NCBI GenBank assembly: GCA_964596615.1
Contig: CAZQUN010000002.1
Coordinates: 11,332-75,331 of the forward strand
Source: an uncultured Candidatus Saccharibacteria bacterium
Lineage (GTDB): Bacteria > Patescibacteriota > Minisyncoccia > Portnoybacterales > UBA2143
Length of the DNA stretch: 64,000 bases
Direction: 5' to 3'
In this document: one piece after another, positions 46,214-56,123 of the stretch
How positions within the stretch are numbered: the stretch's first letter is position 1
Layout of the letters: each line of letters starts with the position of its first letter
Translations under genes and position numbers: made by a program
Notes under the pieces: model-generated
Database searches by the model: none
What the model saw: only the letters and a program-made list of their open reading frames with translations
What the model was told of the DNA's origin: nothing

Positions 46214-47419
46214 ATGCTTTTCTCATTTAACAAGAAGTATTTTGACAAACCTTTATCGCATGGGTTTGTTTCTTTGTATACTGGCAGAACAATCGCTTTA
46301 ATTTCAATGGGTCTTTTAGGATTATTTATGCCGATTTTTCTTTTTGAACTCTTTGGCAATAATATTCAAATGACCTTCATTTTCTACGGAATCGGCTTCA
46401 TTTCCTACGGCTTGATTGTCGCAATTGGAGCAAAGTTTTTGAATAGATACGGCTTTAAAAAAGCGCTTCAGACAAGCGTCTTTTTAGGCGCTCTCTATTA
46501 CGTCTTTTTCTATTTTATCGACCAAAGTAATTGGAAATATATTATTCCCCTGATTCTTATCACCCTTCTTTTCTATCGGATGACTTACTGGCTGCCCTAT
46601 CATGTTGATTTTGCCAAGTTTACCGATAAAAAGAATCGTTGTCGACAGGTGAGTATTTTTGAAGCAACCCGCTTAGGAGCTGGTGTTTTCATCCCTCTCA
46701 TCTCCGGCTTCATTATTACCCGCTTTGGTTTTGATGTTCTGTTTGTTGTCTCAATTTTTCTTTATCTCATATCAGGAATTCCTTATCTGACTATTCCCCG
46801 GACAAAAGAAAATTTTTCCTGGAGTTTAAAAAGAACCTGGCAGGAATTTCTTTCAAAAGAAAAAAGAAAGATGATTATAGTTTTTATTGCTTTTGGGGCG
46901 GAAAGTGTTGTTGGCCTATTAGTCTGGCCCATTTTCATTTACCAACTCCTGAAAGGAAACTATTTCCAGGTTGGGTTTATCGCTACTTTGATTATTGCCG
47001 TCACAGTCGTTTTACAGCTTTTTTTAGGGAGATATATTGATTTGGAAACACCCAAGGAAAAAGTTTTGAAATGGGGGAGTGTTTTGTATTCAATCGGCTG
47101 GATTATTAAGGCTTTTATCGCGACGGCTTTCCAGATTTTCATTGTTGGCGCCTATCACAGCGTTTCAAGTATTTTGCTAAATACGCCCTTTGACGCCCTT
47201 AATTACGAAATTATGGCTGACCAGGGACATTATGTTGACGAATTTACGGTCCTTAGGGAAATGGCAGTTAATTTCGGCAAAACCCTGATGGTGATAACAA
47301 TCATTATTGTCTCATTCTTTTTTGCTATCCAATGGGTCTTTCTTTTTGCCGCTCTAGCCGCCTTTATTATTGGATTTTTAAGGAGAAAAGAACCAATTAT
47401 GACCAAAGCCCTGGCTTGA
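46214..47419 (+). CDS. MFS-like transporter
   Basis: About 12 TM segments with two-fold internal symmetry. Confidence 0.8.
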   Translation: MLFSFNKKYFDKPLSHGFVSLYTGRTIALISMGLLGLFMPIFLFELFGNNIQMTFIFYGIGFISYGLIVAIGAKFLNRYGFKKALQTSVFLGALYYVFFYFIDQSNWKYIIPLILITLLFYRMTYWLPYHVDFAKFTDKKNRCRQVSIFEATRLGAGVFIPLISGFIITRFGFDVLFVVSIFLYLISGIPYLTIPRTKENFSWSLKRTWQEFLSKEKRKMIIVFIAFGAESVVGLLVWPIFIYQLLKGNYFQVGFIATLIIAVTVVLQLFLGRYIDLETPKEKVLKWGSVLYSIGWIIKAFIATAFQIFIVGAYHSVSSILLNTPFDALNYEIMADQGHYVDEFTVLREMAVNFGKTLMVITIIIVSFFFAIQWVFLFAALAAFIIGFLRRKEPIMTKALA

Positions 47420-47461
47420 TTTTGTTTTGACACAATAGTTGCTCCGTGATAGATTCTAGAG

Positions 47462-48778
47462 ATGGATTATATAAAATATTTCAAAGGCAAAAAGATTACT
47501 CTAATGGGATTAGGGATTCTGGGAAGAGGAGTCAATCTGGCCAAATTCCTGGCTGAGAACGGAGCAAAACTTATTATTACCGACTTAAAGAGCGAAAAAG
47601 AACTTCGCTCTTCTTTAAATAGGCTAAAAAAGTTTAAGGGGATAAAATATGTTTTGGAAAAGCATCGGTTAGCTGATTTCAGAAACAGAGATATGGTTGT
47701 TAGAGCCGCCGATGTTCCTCTTGATTCTCCATATATCAAGGAAGCCAAAAAGAACAAAATCCCAATAGAAATGGATGCTTCCTTATTTGCTAAATTGTCA
47801 AAGGCAAGAATTATTGGCATTACCGGTACCCGGGGAAAATCAACCATTACCCATTTCATTTACCAAGCTTTGAAAAACAACAATCAAAGAGTTTTTTTAG
47901 GAGGAAATGTCAGGGGCCTGGCAACTCTGCCTTTAATTAGGAAAGTGAAAGAAAATGATATTGTTGTTTTAGAGCTTGATTCCTGGCAGCTTCAGGGATT
48001 TGGCGATTCAAAAATATCTCCTGATATTTCTGTCTTTAGTAATTTCCTTCCTGACCACATGAACTATTATAAGGGAAATATGAATCAATATTTCAATGAC
48101 AAGGCCAATATTTTCAAATACCAGAATAAAGAGAATTATTTAATTTTAAGCCAACAATCTGAAAAGGAAATTAAAAAAAGATTTAGGGGGAAAATTAAAA
48201 GTCAGGTTATTAAGAAAAACCCTTTCCCAAAAAACTGGAAAACAGAATTAATTGGCCAGCATAACAAAGATAACCTGGCTTTAGGGATAAAGGTATTGGA
48301 AGTTTTAAGAATGAAGAAATCTTTAATTAAGAAAGCAGTTAAGGAATTCAAGGGTATTCCCGGCCGATTAGAATTTATTAAAAAAATTAACAATGTTTCC
48401 TATTACAATGATACCAATGCTTCTTCGCCCGAGGCAGTTATTGCTGCCTTAAAATCTTTTCAAAAAGAGAATATTATCCTGATTGCCGGCGGCAGTGATA
48501 AAAACCTTGATTTCAAAGAAATGATTAAAGAAATTAAAAAAAGAGTTAAATCTTTGATTTTAATCAAAGGAAAAGGAACAGAACAAATGGTTAAAGATTT
48601 AAAGAATTATCCTTTTGAATTAGCAAGCAATATGAAGAAAGCGGTTAAAAAAGCAAAAGGTTTTTCTCAAAAAGGAGATATTGTTTTACTTTCTCCGGGA
48701 ACAGCCAGCTTCGGTGTTTTCAAGAATGAGTATGACCGAGGGGAACAATTTAATAAATATGTTCGAGAATACAAGTAA
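47462..48778 (+). CDS. murD: UDP-MurNAc-L-Ala--D-Glu ligase
   Basis: GITGTRGKST, GGN, LELDSWQL, PDHM, YNDT, LLSPG.ASF motifs. Confidence 0.93.
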   Translation: MDYIKYFKGKKITLMGLGILGRGVNLAKFLAENGAKLIITDLKSEKELRSSLNRLKKFKGIKYVLEKHRLADFRNRDMVVRAADVPLDSPYIKEAKKNKIPIEMDASLFAKLSKARIIGITGTRGKSTITHFIYQALKNNNQRVFLGGNVRGLATLPLIRKVKENDIVVLELDSWQLQGFGDSKISPDISVFSNFLPDHMNYYKGNMNQYFNDKANIFKYQNKENYLILSQQSEKEIKKRFRGKIKSQVIKKNPFPKNWKTELIGQHNKDNLALGIKVLEVLRMKKSLIKKAVKEFKGIPGRLEFIKKINNVSYYNDTNASSPEAVIAALKSFQKENIILIAGGSDKNLDFKEMIKEIKKRVKSLILIKGKGTEQMVKDLKNYPFELASNMKKAVKKAKGFSQKGDIVLLSPGTASFGVFKNEYDRGEQFNKYVREYK

Positions 48779-50033
48779 AATTCATTTTATTGGCATTGGC
48801 GGAATTGGTGTTTCTGCCTTAGCTAAAATGATGCTTTTGTTAAAAAAGGAAGTATCTGGTTCAGATATTTCTTTAAATAAGGCAGCCAAAAGGATTAAAT
48901 CTCTTGGCGGCAGGGTTTTTATTGGCCACAGGAAATCCAATTTAGATAAAAAAACTGATTTAGTTATTTATTCTCCGGTGGTGGAAAAGAACAACCCAGA
49001 ACTATTAAAAGCCAGGAAATTAAATATTCCAATTTATTCCTATCCTGAAGCCCTGGGTTTGATTTCAAAAGAAAAAGAAACCATTGCTGTTTCAGGTACC
49101 CATGGAAAAACAACTACCACTGCCATGATTTCAGAAATACTAATTTCCGCCAAGAAAAGCCCGACTGTTGTTATTGGCAGTTTTCTGAAAAAGCAAAAAG
49201 ATAATTTTATTATGGGCAAAAGCAAATATTTTGTTGTTGAGGCCTGTGAATACAAAAAGTCATTTCTTAATCTTTCTCCTGACATTCTAGTTATTACCAA
49301 TATTGATAACGACCACTTGGATTATTACAAAAACATTAAAAACATCAGAAAGGCCTTTGGCCAATTAATTGAAAAAGTTCCTCAAAACGGACACATTGTT
49401 ACGAATCCTGAAGATAAAAATATTAAACAGGTCCTAAAACTTTCAAAACCAAGAGCTGAAATTATTGATTACGCCAAAGAAAAAGAAGTACAATTAAAAG
49501 TTCTGGGGAAGCATAATATTTTGAACGCTAAAGCTGCAATATCAGTCGTTAGGTTAATTGGTATTAAAAAAGGCCAGGCAGAAAAAGCCTTAAAGAATTT
49601 TTCCGGCACTTGGAGAAGATTTGAATATAAAGGAAAAACAAAAAAAGGCGCTTTAATTTATGATGATTATGCTCATCATCCAACTGAAGTTAAAGCCACC
49701 CTAAAAGCCACCAGGGAAAGTTTCCCTAAAAAGAAAATTGTTGTTGTTTTCCAGCCACATCTTTATTCTCGAACAAAGTTTTTTTTAAAAGAGTTTTCCG
49801 AGAGTTTTAATGACGCTGATGAAGTTATTATGACCGACATTTACGCTGCCAGGGAAAAAAAGGATAAAACCATTCATGCCAGAGATTTAGTTAAAAAAAC
49901 AAAAAACGCTACCTATATTAAGAGTTTTTCAGAGATTAAAAAATATCTTAAAAAAGAAGTAGACAAAAACACTCTCATTATCACTCTCGGCGCAGGGGAT
50001 GTTTTCAGAATAGGGGAAGAGATTAAAACTTGA
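48759..50033 (+). CDS. murC: UDP-MurNAc--L-Ala ligase
   Basis: HFIGIGGIGVS, GTHGKTTT, DDYAHHPTE, FQPH.YSRT motifs. Confidence 0.95.
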   Translation: MFENTSKIHFIGIGGIGVSALAKMMLLLKKEVSGSDISLNKAAKRIKSLGGRVFIGHRKSNLDKKTDLVIYSPVVEKNNPELLKARKLNIPIYSYPEALGLISKEKETIAVSGTHGKTTTTAMISEILISAKKSPTVVIGSFLKKQKDNFIMGKSKYFVVEACEYKKSFLNLSPDILVITNIDNDHLDYYKNIKNIRKAFGQLIEKVPQNGHIVTNPEDKNIKQVLKLSKPRAEIIDYAKEKEVQLKVLGKHNILNAKAAISVVRLIGIKKGQAEKALKNFSGTWRRFEYKGKTKKGALIYDDYAHHPTEVKATLKATRESFPKKKIVVVFQPHLYSRTKFFLKEFSESFNDADEVIMTDIYAAREKKDKTIHARDLVKKTKNATYIKSFSEIKKYLKKEVDKNTLIITLGAGDVFRIGEEIKT

Positions 50034-50070
50034 CAGGATTATCAACTTATATTATATTAACGCTCACAAT

Positions 50071-50214
50071 ATGAATTGTATAAATCACAATCAAAAATAT
50101 CCACTTTTGGCCCGCCAAATGACAGGTATCTTTACTGTTTCTAATACCGGAGTTATCCGGAATCTTATCTGGCCAAGGTGGTTATTTGTAGACAAATTAT
50201 CTTTGAAAACCTAA
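50071..50214 (+). CDS. Candidate 47-aa leader peptide (not in the ORF track)
   Basis: MNCINHNQKYPLLARQMTGIFTVSNTGVIRNLIWPRWLFVDKLSLKT* after TTGACA-17-TATATT. Confidence 0.4.
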   Translation: MNCINHNQKYPLLARQMTGIFTVSNTGVIRNLIWPRWLFVDKLSLKT

Positions 50215-50239
50215 TTAACCTCCTTTTGTAGAATGACCT

Positions 50240-50267
50240 TCTCGGCCAGATAAAGGCCGAGATTTTT
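50240..50267 (+). terminator. Attenuator-like terminator
   Basis: TCTCGGCC-agataaa-GGCCGAGA-TTTTT; alternative pairing with 50165-50174. Confidence 0.65.
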
Positions 50268-50313
50268 AGTTTTATCTGGGTAACTAGAACCTTAAAAATT
50301 AAAGGAGGTTGAA

Positions 50314-51132
50314 ATGGAAAAAAAAGCCAAAGATTTTTACCGCAAGGATGTTTTGAAAGAATGGAGGAGATTAACTAAAGATCCTTTTCATCGATTGGAA
50401 TTTGAAACCACCCTGCATTTTCTATACCGGTATCTTCCAAGAATTGGATTAATTTTGGATGCGGGCGGTGGCCCTGGTCGGTATACTATTGAATTGGCAA
50501 AGCGAGGAAACGAGATTATCCTTTTCGATTTGACGCCAGAATTACTTAGTTTCGCTGAACAGCGCATAATTAGGGCTGGTGTAAAGGATAGGGTAAAATT
50601 GGTTGTTGAGGGCTCTATTACTGATTTGTCTCAATTTAATGATGATTGCTTTGATGGAGTTATCTGTTTGGGTGGAGCGCTTGGCCATGTCTACGAAAAG
50701 GATAACCGAAAGAAGGCAGTTTCTGAACTTTTCAGGGTAGTTAAGAGAGGTGCTCCGATATGTATTTCAGTAATAGGAAGATTAGCAGTAATTGCAAAAA
50801 TATTGAGATGCTGGCCAGAAGAAGTTGAGATGACCGGACCTTTCAAAGAAATATGGGGGAAGGGAGATGATGATATGTGGAGCGGGAGCTCTTTTCATCA
50901 TTTCTTTTTACCAGAAGAATTAGAAGAATTATTTGCTGATAAAGAGATAGAGATTTTAGAAAGGGTTGGCTTAGAAGGGCTATCATCTCTTTTTCCAAAA
51001 GAGATTAATAAGATGGCCAGACATTCCCCGAAGCGATGGAGAAACTGGTTGGAATGTCATTATGCTCTTTGTGTTCATCCGGCGGTCTTTGCCACTAGTC
51101 TGCATATAATGATTATTGGCCGAAAGAGATAA
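50314..51132 (+). CDS. Class I SAM-dependent methyltransferase
   Basis: ILDAGGGPGRY motif. Confidence 0.9.
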   Translation: MEKKAKDFYRKDVLKEWRRLTKDPFHRLEFETTLHFLYRYLPRIGLILDAGGGPGRYTIELAKRGNEIILFDLTPELLSFAEQRIIRAGVKDRVKLVVEGSITDLSQFNDDCFDGVICLGGALGHVYEKDNRKKAVSELFRVVKRGAPICISVIGRLAVIAKILRCWPEEVEMTGPFKEIWGKGDDDMWSGSSFHHFFLPEELEELFADKEIEILERVGLEGLSSLFPKEINKMARHSPKRWRNWLECHYALCVHPAVFATSLHIMIIGRKR

Positions 51133-51161
51133 TTAACCACAAAACGTGAAAGGAGATTGAA

Positions 51162-51947
51162 ATGACAAATTCAGAAAAAACAGATTGGATCTATTCATTC
51201 TTTGGCGGAGAGAGAGACTTTTATGGCAAGTCCTATAAAGCCATGGGTCATCTTGATTCAGAAAGAACCAAAAAAGAGATAGACGGTATTCTAGATCTCT
51301 TAAAACCAGAACCAGGTAGCCACATTTTAGACTGGTGTGGTGGTTGGGGCAGACATGCGATTCCTTTGGCTAAGGAGGGATTCGAGGTGACTCTGCTTGA
51401 TTTCTGTAAAGAGTATCTTGAAGGGGCAAGGCAAGAAGCAAAACAAAAGAAAGTAAAGTTGGATTTTGTTCATGCTGACTTCAGAGAAACTCCATCAGAA
51501 ATTCAAGCTGACTACGCAATTAATATCTTTACCGCTGGCTTGGGCTGTTTAGGAGAAGAAAATGATATTATTGCTCTAAAATCTCTTTTCACCGCCCTTA
51601 AACCCAGTGCTAAATTCCTGATTGATACAATGAGTCCTTTCTATGTGGCCAGGAAATTCCAGAAATATTCTTGGGGTGAATCTTCGGATCGGACTAAAAG
51701 ACTTCTTGAAAGGAGACGCTTTGATTTTTGGAATAGCACTGTCGATGTCGAATGTATTTATCAAGATAAAGAAGCGCAGATAGAGGAATGGGCAAGTGAG
51801 ACAAGCGTAAAACTGTATTCTCCTGCGGACTTAGCCCGAGTTCTAAGAATGGCTGGATTCGAGCCAATAGAACTTTATGGCAGTTTTAATGGTTCTAAAT
51901 TCGACTTTGAATCCAAGAGAATAATTATGATTTCCCAAAAACCTTAG
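51162..51947 (+). CDS. Class I SAM-dependent methyltransferase
   Basis: ILDWCGGWGRH motif. Confidence 0.9.
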   Translation: MTNSEKTDWIYSFFGGERDFYGKSYKAMGHLDSERTKKEIDGILDLLKPEPGSHILDWCGGWGRHAIPLAKEGFEVTLLDFCKEYLEGARQEAKQKKVKLDFVHADFRETPSEIQADYAINIFTAGLGCLGEENDIIALKSLFTALKPSAKFLIDTMSPFYVARKFQKYSWGESSDRTKRLLERRRFDFWNSTVDVECIYQDKEAQIEEWASETSVKLYSPADLARVLRMAGFEPIELYGSFNGSKFDFESKRIIMISQKP

Positions 51948-52052
51948 TTGTCAGTCTGATTAGTCTCGGCCCTAATCGTAACTATGAAAACGAGGATTAA
52001 CCTAAAGAGCGCCAAACGGCGCTCTTTGAAATAGCGTGATTTTAATAATGAG

Positions 52053-52418
52053 TTAAAGTATATCTATTCCTAATTTATTGCTGACTATTTTTTTGAGCCG
52101 GTTAAGGTCGGCTTTCATTATTTTAAACTCATCTTCGATGTCTGTTAGGCGCTTTAAAAATTTATCTAAAGTTGTAGCTAATCGGTCAATCTTTTTATTA
52201 ATTCTTTCTTCCATCTTTTCCATCTTCTTATCAATTCGTATCTCCATTTTTGTTATCCTCTCGTCCAGTCTTCCTATCCTTTCATCCATTCTTCCTATCC
52301 TCTCGTCCAGTCTTCCTATCCTTTCATCTACTGCGCCCAAAATAACCGTTGTTTGTTGATTTAACAACTTTTCAATTTCTTGATAAGTGATTGGTTGATT
52401 TTCTTTTTTCTTTGGCAT
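52053..52418 (-). CDS. Coiled-coil heptad-repeat protein
   Basis: DERIGR(L/M) repeats encoded by 21-bp tandem units at about 52255-52327. Confidence 0.75.
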   Translation of the reverse strand: MPKKKENQPITYQEIEKLLNQQTTVILGAVDERIGRLDERIGRMDERIGRLDERITKMEIRIDKKMEKMEERINKKIDRLATTLDKFLKRLTDIEDEFKIMKADLNRLKKIVSNKLGIDIL

Positions 52419-52460
52419 TATCCTAATTATATATTTTACAAAGCGTCCTGTCAAAACTTG

Positions 52461-52523
52461 TGCCCAGGGCGGGACTCGCCCTGTCATCCGACGGGGCGCC
52501 CGGTCGAATGACCGGGCGAACTC
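52461..52523 (-). pseudogene. tRNA 3' fragment (Leu-like) interrupted in the T-loop by two hairpins
   Basis: GAGTTCG, hairpin doublet, AGTCCCGCCCTGGGCA. Confidence 0.6.
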
Positions 52524-52527
52524 AATG

Positions 52528-52612
52528 TGGGCGAGGGGGGACTTGAACCCCCACGAGCTAACGCTCATATGCTCCTCAAGCATACCTGTCTACCGAGTTC
52601 CAGCACTCGCCC
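52528..52612 (-). tRNA. tRNA-Leu(GAG)
   Basis: Anticodon arm TATGC-TTGAGGA-GCATA; long variable arm. Confidence 0.93.
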
Positions 52613-52614
52613 GT

Positions 52615-52992
52615 TTATTTCTTAGATTCAGTTTTTGTTGTTTTAGGTTTTTCCTTAATTTCCTTTAATCTTGCCTCTTTGGCTGATTTTTCTCTGATGT
52701 AATATAACTTAGCTCTTCGTATTTTATGTTTCTTAACAACTTCAATTTTTTCAACAAAAGGGGCATGGACAGGGAAAATTCTTTCAACGCCGATTCCCTG
52801 GCTGATTTTTCTGACTGTAATAGTTGAACTAATTCCCTTGCCATGCTTTCGGGCAATAACTAAACCCTCAAAGATTTGAATTCTTTGCTTATCTCCTTCT
52901 TTAATTTTCTGATGAACCCGGACAGTATAACCCGGTCTGATCTGATCAATTTCTTTTTCCTGTTTTTTATTAAATTTCTCTAATTTATTCAT
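52615..52992 (-). CDS. rplS: 50S ribosomal protein L19
   Basis: [36 protein letters not shown] motifs. Confidence 0.97.
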   Translation of the reverse strand: MNKLEKFNKKQEKEIDQIRPGYTVRVHQKIKEGDKQRIQIFEGLVIARKHGKGISSTITVRKISQGIGVERIFPVHAPFVEKIEVVKKHKIRRAKLYYIREKSAKEARLKEIKEKPKTTKTESKK

Positions 52993-53675
52993 GATAAGGT
53001 TTTAATAATTTCCTTTAAATCATCAGGAAGTTCTGAATTAAACTCCATCATCTTACCACTTGGTAATTTAATTTTCAAGGCAGTAGCGTGAAGAAATTGC
53101 CTTTTTAAATTAGATGGAGGGATTTGTCTTTTGAATTTGTATTGGCTGTCTCCGGCAATTGGATGGCCAATTGAAGCCAAATGGACTCTAATTTGATGGG
53201 TCCGGCCGGTTTTGATTCCAACCTCTAAAAGAGTAAAATTCTTGAAATATTTCAAAACAGAATATTCTGTCCAGGCCTTTTTTGATTTTTCATCCAAGAG
53301 GGGACTTCTTTTTTTTCTGTCTTTTTTAGAAAAACTAATTGATTTGGTAATTGTTCCTTTTTTATCCTTAATTTTTCCAAAAACCAATGCCAAATATTTT
53401 TTAACAACCTTTCTTTCCTGAAATTGTTCTTTTAAGAAGTCAAAAGAAGAATTATTCCTGGCAATAATCATCAGGCCGGAAGTATCTTTATCCAAGCGAT
53501 GGACAATACCAGGTCTTAATTTATCCTCGCCAACATTTTTAATCTCAGGAAATTGGTTAATCAATTGGTTAACTAAAGTATCTTCCTGTTCTGATTTAAT
53601 CGGATGAACAGTTAATCCGGCTGGTTTTTCTATAACAAGAACATCTTGGTCCTGGTAAATAATCTTTATTCTCAT
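52989..53675 (-). CDS. RluA/RluD-family pseudouridine synthase
   Basis: [33 protein letters not shown]; true ATG immediately after tRNA-Ala. Confidence 0.93.
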   Translation of the reverse strand: MRIKIIYQDQDVLVIEKPAGLTVHPIKSEQEDTLVNQLINQFPEIKNVGEDKLRPGIVHRLDKDTSGLMIIARNNSSFDFLKEQFQERKVVKKYLALVFGKIKDKKGTITKSISFSKKDRKKRSPLLDEKSKKAWTEYSVLKYFKNFTLLEVGIKTGRTHQIRVHLASIGHPIAGDSQYKFKRQIPPSNLKRQFLHATALKIKLPSGKMMEFNSELPDDLKEIIKTLS

Positions 53676-53676
53676 G

Positions 53677-53748
53677 TGGACCAGAAGGGAATTGAACCCT
53701 TGGCCTCCTGATTGCAAAACAGGTGCTCTACCACTGAGCTACTGGCCC
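53677..53748 (-). tRNA. tRNA-Ala(TGC)
   Basis: Anticodon loop TTTGCAA; G3-U70. Confidence 0.92.
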
Positions 53749-53822
53749 AATAAATATAGAATAGCAGGATTTTGGCTAAAAATCAAGGTTGGAGGAATAA
53801 AAAACACCCCAGAATGAGCATT

Positions 53823-53897
53823 TGGTGGGCTCAGTAGGGATTGAACCTACGACCTCGTCGATGTCAACGACGCACTCTACCACTGAGCTATGAGCCC
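53823..53897 (-). tRNA. tRNA-Val(GAC)
   Basis: Anticodon arm CGTCG-TTGACAT-CGACG; encoded CCA. Confidence 0.95.
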
Positions 53898-54142
53898 GAG
53901 TTTTTGTCAACTAACCACCTAACATAACTCCTTCTTCTTTTTGATTTAACCTGGTATTCTCTTTTTCTTGCTTCGCTTAGTGTTTTGTATTCTTCAGAAT
54001 ATATTAGTTTCCAAGGTCTCTTGTAGCGGGTAGCTATCGTTTTACCAATATTATGTTCTCCTAGTCGTCTACGCAGATTGTTTGTGCTCCCATAGTAGTA
54101 AGAGTTATTCTTTTGTGATTGTAGAATGTAGAAATGATGCAT
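53888..54142 (-). CDS. Small GIY-YIG nuclease family protein
   Basis: MHHFYILQS...YYGST.NL.RRL.EHN.G....T...RPW.L.Y.E.......A..RE..VK; stop codon inside tRNA-Val(GAC). Confidence 0.9.
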   Translation of the reverse strand: MHHFYILQSQKNNSYYYGSTNNLRRRLGEHNIGKTIATRYKRPWKLIYSEEYKTLSEARKREYQVKSKRRRSYVRWLVDKNSGS

Positions 54143-54204
54143 TTTGAACCCATGACCTCCCCGCAGTACTGCGGGGCGCTCTAAACCAACTGCGCCAACC
54201 ACCC
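54143..54204 (-). pseudogene. tRNA-Val-like fragment with the anticodon arm replaced by an 18-bp palindrome, 3' end missing
   Basis: GGGTGGTTGGCGCAGTTGGTTTAGAGCG-CCCCGCAGTACTGCGGGG-AGGTCATGGGTTCAAA, then the ATG. Confidence 0.75.
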
Positions 54205-54211
54205 TTGTCTG

Positions 54212-54283
54212 TGGACGCGCCAGGATTCGAACCTGGAACCACTTAGATATAAGCTAAGAGCTCTGCCATTGAGCTACGCGTCC
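54212..54283 (-). tRNA. tRNA-Ile(TAT)
   Basis: Intact cloverleaf; anticodon arm CTTAG-CTTATAT-CTAAG. Confidence 0.85.
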
Positions 54284-54299
54284 TTGAAAATAATATACC

Positions 54300-56123
54300 T
54301 TAAACCTTCCTTTTCATCAAGCGTTCAAATTCTTTTCTCTCAATAGTTTCTTTTTTAATTAATTGTTCGGCGATTTGGTCTAATTTCTTTCTTTTTTCAG
54401 ATATAATCTTCTTAGCAGTATTAAAAGCGTCGTCAATGAATTTAGCAACTTCCTTATCAATTTGAGCAGCAGCTTCTTCGGAATAATCTTTTTCTGTAGC
54501 GATTTCTCTGCCAAGAAAAACCATTTCATCTTTTCCGCCAAAAGTCCTTGGCCCCATTTTTTCACTCATGCCATATTTAGTTACTAACTTTCTGGCTAAA
54601 TCAGTTGCTTTTTGCAGATCACTTGAAGCGCCGGTAGTTAATTCATTGAAAACAATTTTTTCTGAGACATAGCCGCCTAAAAGAACGGTTAGTTCGTCAA
54701 TGTATTCGGAACGAGTATGAAGATGCCTGTCTCTAATCGGAAGTTTTAAAGTGTAGCCGGCAGCCGGACCGCGGGGAATGATTGAAACCTTTTGGATTGG
54801 GTCAGTATTAGGTAAAGAAGCAGCAGTCAAAGCATGACCAGCTTCATGGTAAGCGGTAATTTCTTTTTCTTTTTCAGAAAGGACATGGCTTTTTCTTTCC
54901 GGCCCAAGGATGACTTTTTCAATTGATTCTCGCAGTTCATCCTGACTAATTTTTTTCTTGTTTCTTCTGGCAGTCAGAATAGCGGCCTCGTTGACAATAT
55001 TAGCCAGGTCAGCGCCGGAAAATCCAGGCGTTCTTTCGGCAATTTCTTTTAATTCAACTTTCTCTTCAAGGGGTTTGTTTCTGGCATGGATTTTTAAGAT
55101 TTCTCTCCGGTCTTTTAGGTCAGGCAAATCAAGGACAACTCTTCGATCAAATCGGCCGGGACGAAGAAGGGCCGGGTCTAGAACATCCGGTCGGTTAGTC
55201 GCAGAGATTAATATAATGCCGGTATTGGGGTCAAAGCCATCCATTTCAACCAGAATCTGATTTAAGGTTTGTTCTCTTTCATCATGGCCGCCGCCAAGAC
55301 CGGCTCCTCTTTGTCTCCCAATGGCATCAAGTTCGTCAATAAAGATTAATGCCGGAGCATGTTTTTTAGCGGTTTGGAATAGGTCCCGGACCCGACTTGA
55401 ACCAACCCCGACAAACATTTCAACAAATTCTGAGCCAGAAACAGAGAAGAAAGGAACATTAGCTTCAGAGGCGACTGCCCGGGCAAGAAGAGTTTTTCCG
55501 GTTCCGGGAGCGCCAACCAAAAGAACTCCTTTCGGAATTTTAGCTCCGAGATTAATAAATTTCTTTGGATTTTTCAAAAAATCAACAATTTCATATAATT
55601 CCTGCTTAGCTTCTTTTAAACCGGCAACATCTTTGAAAGTAACCCGGTTTTTCTTATCCTTCGGGTCAACTAGACGGGCTTTGGAACGGCCAAAGCTAAA
55701 AGCCTGCATTTGTCCTCTTTGGGCGCCGCGGAACATAAACCAGAAAAAGAAACCGATAATGAGCAAGGGGAGAAGGAAAGGAAGAACTGCTCCAGCCCAG
55801 AAGAAAAGGCCGCTTTCTCCCTTAATTTCCAGATTGACCAGTTTTAATTTTTCCTGGTTAAGGCCGTAGTTTTTTAAAGATTCAGTCAAAGAAGCCTCTT
55901 TTTCCTTGGTCGCTTCTTCTTTGGCGCCGTCTTTTAATTCAATTTCAAGTTTGTCGCCCCGGATAACAATAGTTGAAACTTCTTCATTGTTAATCCGTTC
56001 AACCAATTGACTCAAAGAGATTTCTTCCGGTTTTTGACCTGATTCATTAAGCAAAGCAAAAAGCCCGGCAATAGTCAGAAATGCCAAAAAAGCAATCAAT
56101 AGATTTTTGAGTAAGTATTTCAT
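54300..56123 (-). CDS. ftsH: ATP-dependent zinc metalloprotease FtsH
   Basis: Two TM; [28 protein letters not shown] motifs. Confidence 0.97.
   Translation of the reverse strand: MKYLLKNLLIAFLAFLTIAGLFALLNESGQKPEEISLSQLVERINNEEVSTIVIRGDKLEIELKDGAKEEATKEKEASLTESLKNYGLNQEKLKLVNLEIKGESGLFFWAGAVLPFLLPLLIIGFFFWFMFRGAQRGQMQAFSFGRSKARLVDPKDKKNRVTFKDVAGLKEAKQELYEIVDFLKNPKKFINLGAKIPKGVLLVGAPGTGKTLLARAVASEANVPFFSVSGSEFVEMFVGVGSSRVRDLFQTAKKHAPALIFIDELDAIGRQRGAGLGGGHDEREQTLNQILVEMDGFDPNTGIILISATNRPDVLDPALLRPGRFDRRVVLDLPDLKDRREILKIHARNKPLEEKVELKEIAERTPGFSGADLANIVNEAAILTARRNKKKISQDELRESIEKVILGPERKSHVLSEKEKEITAYHEAGHALTAASLPNTDPIQKVSIIPRGPAAGYTLKLPIRDRHLHTRSEYIDELTVLLGGYVSEKIVFNELTTGASSDLQKATDLARKLVTKYGMSEKMGPRTFGGKDEMVFLGREIATEKDYSEEAAAQIDKEVAKFIDDAFNTAKKIISEKRKKLDQIAEQLIKKETIERKEFERLMKRKV

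Noticed and set aside
52255-52327. 21-bp tandem repeats as a CRISPR array
   Set aside because: No spacers; they are in-frame heptad repeats of a coiled-coil protein, and no cas genes are present in the window
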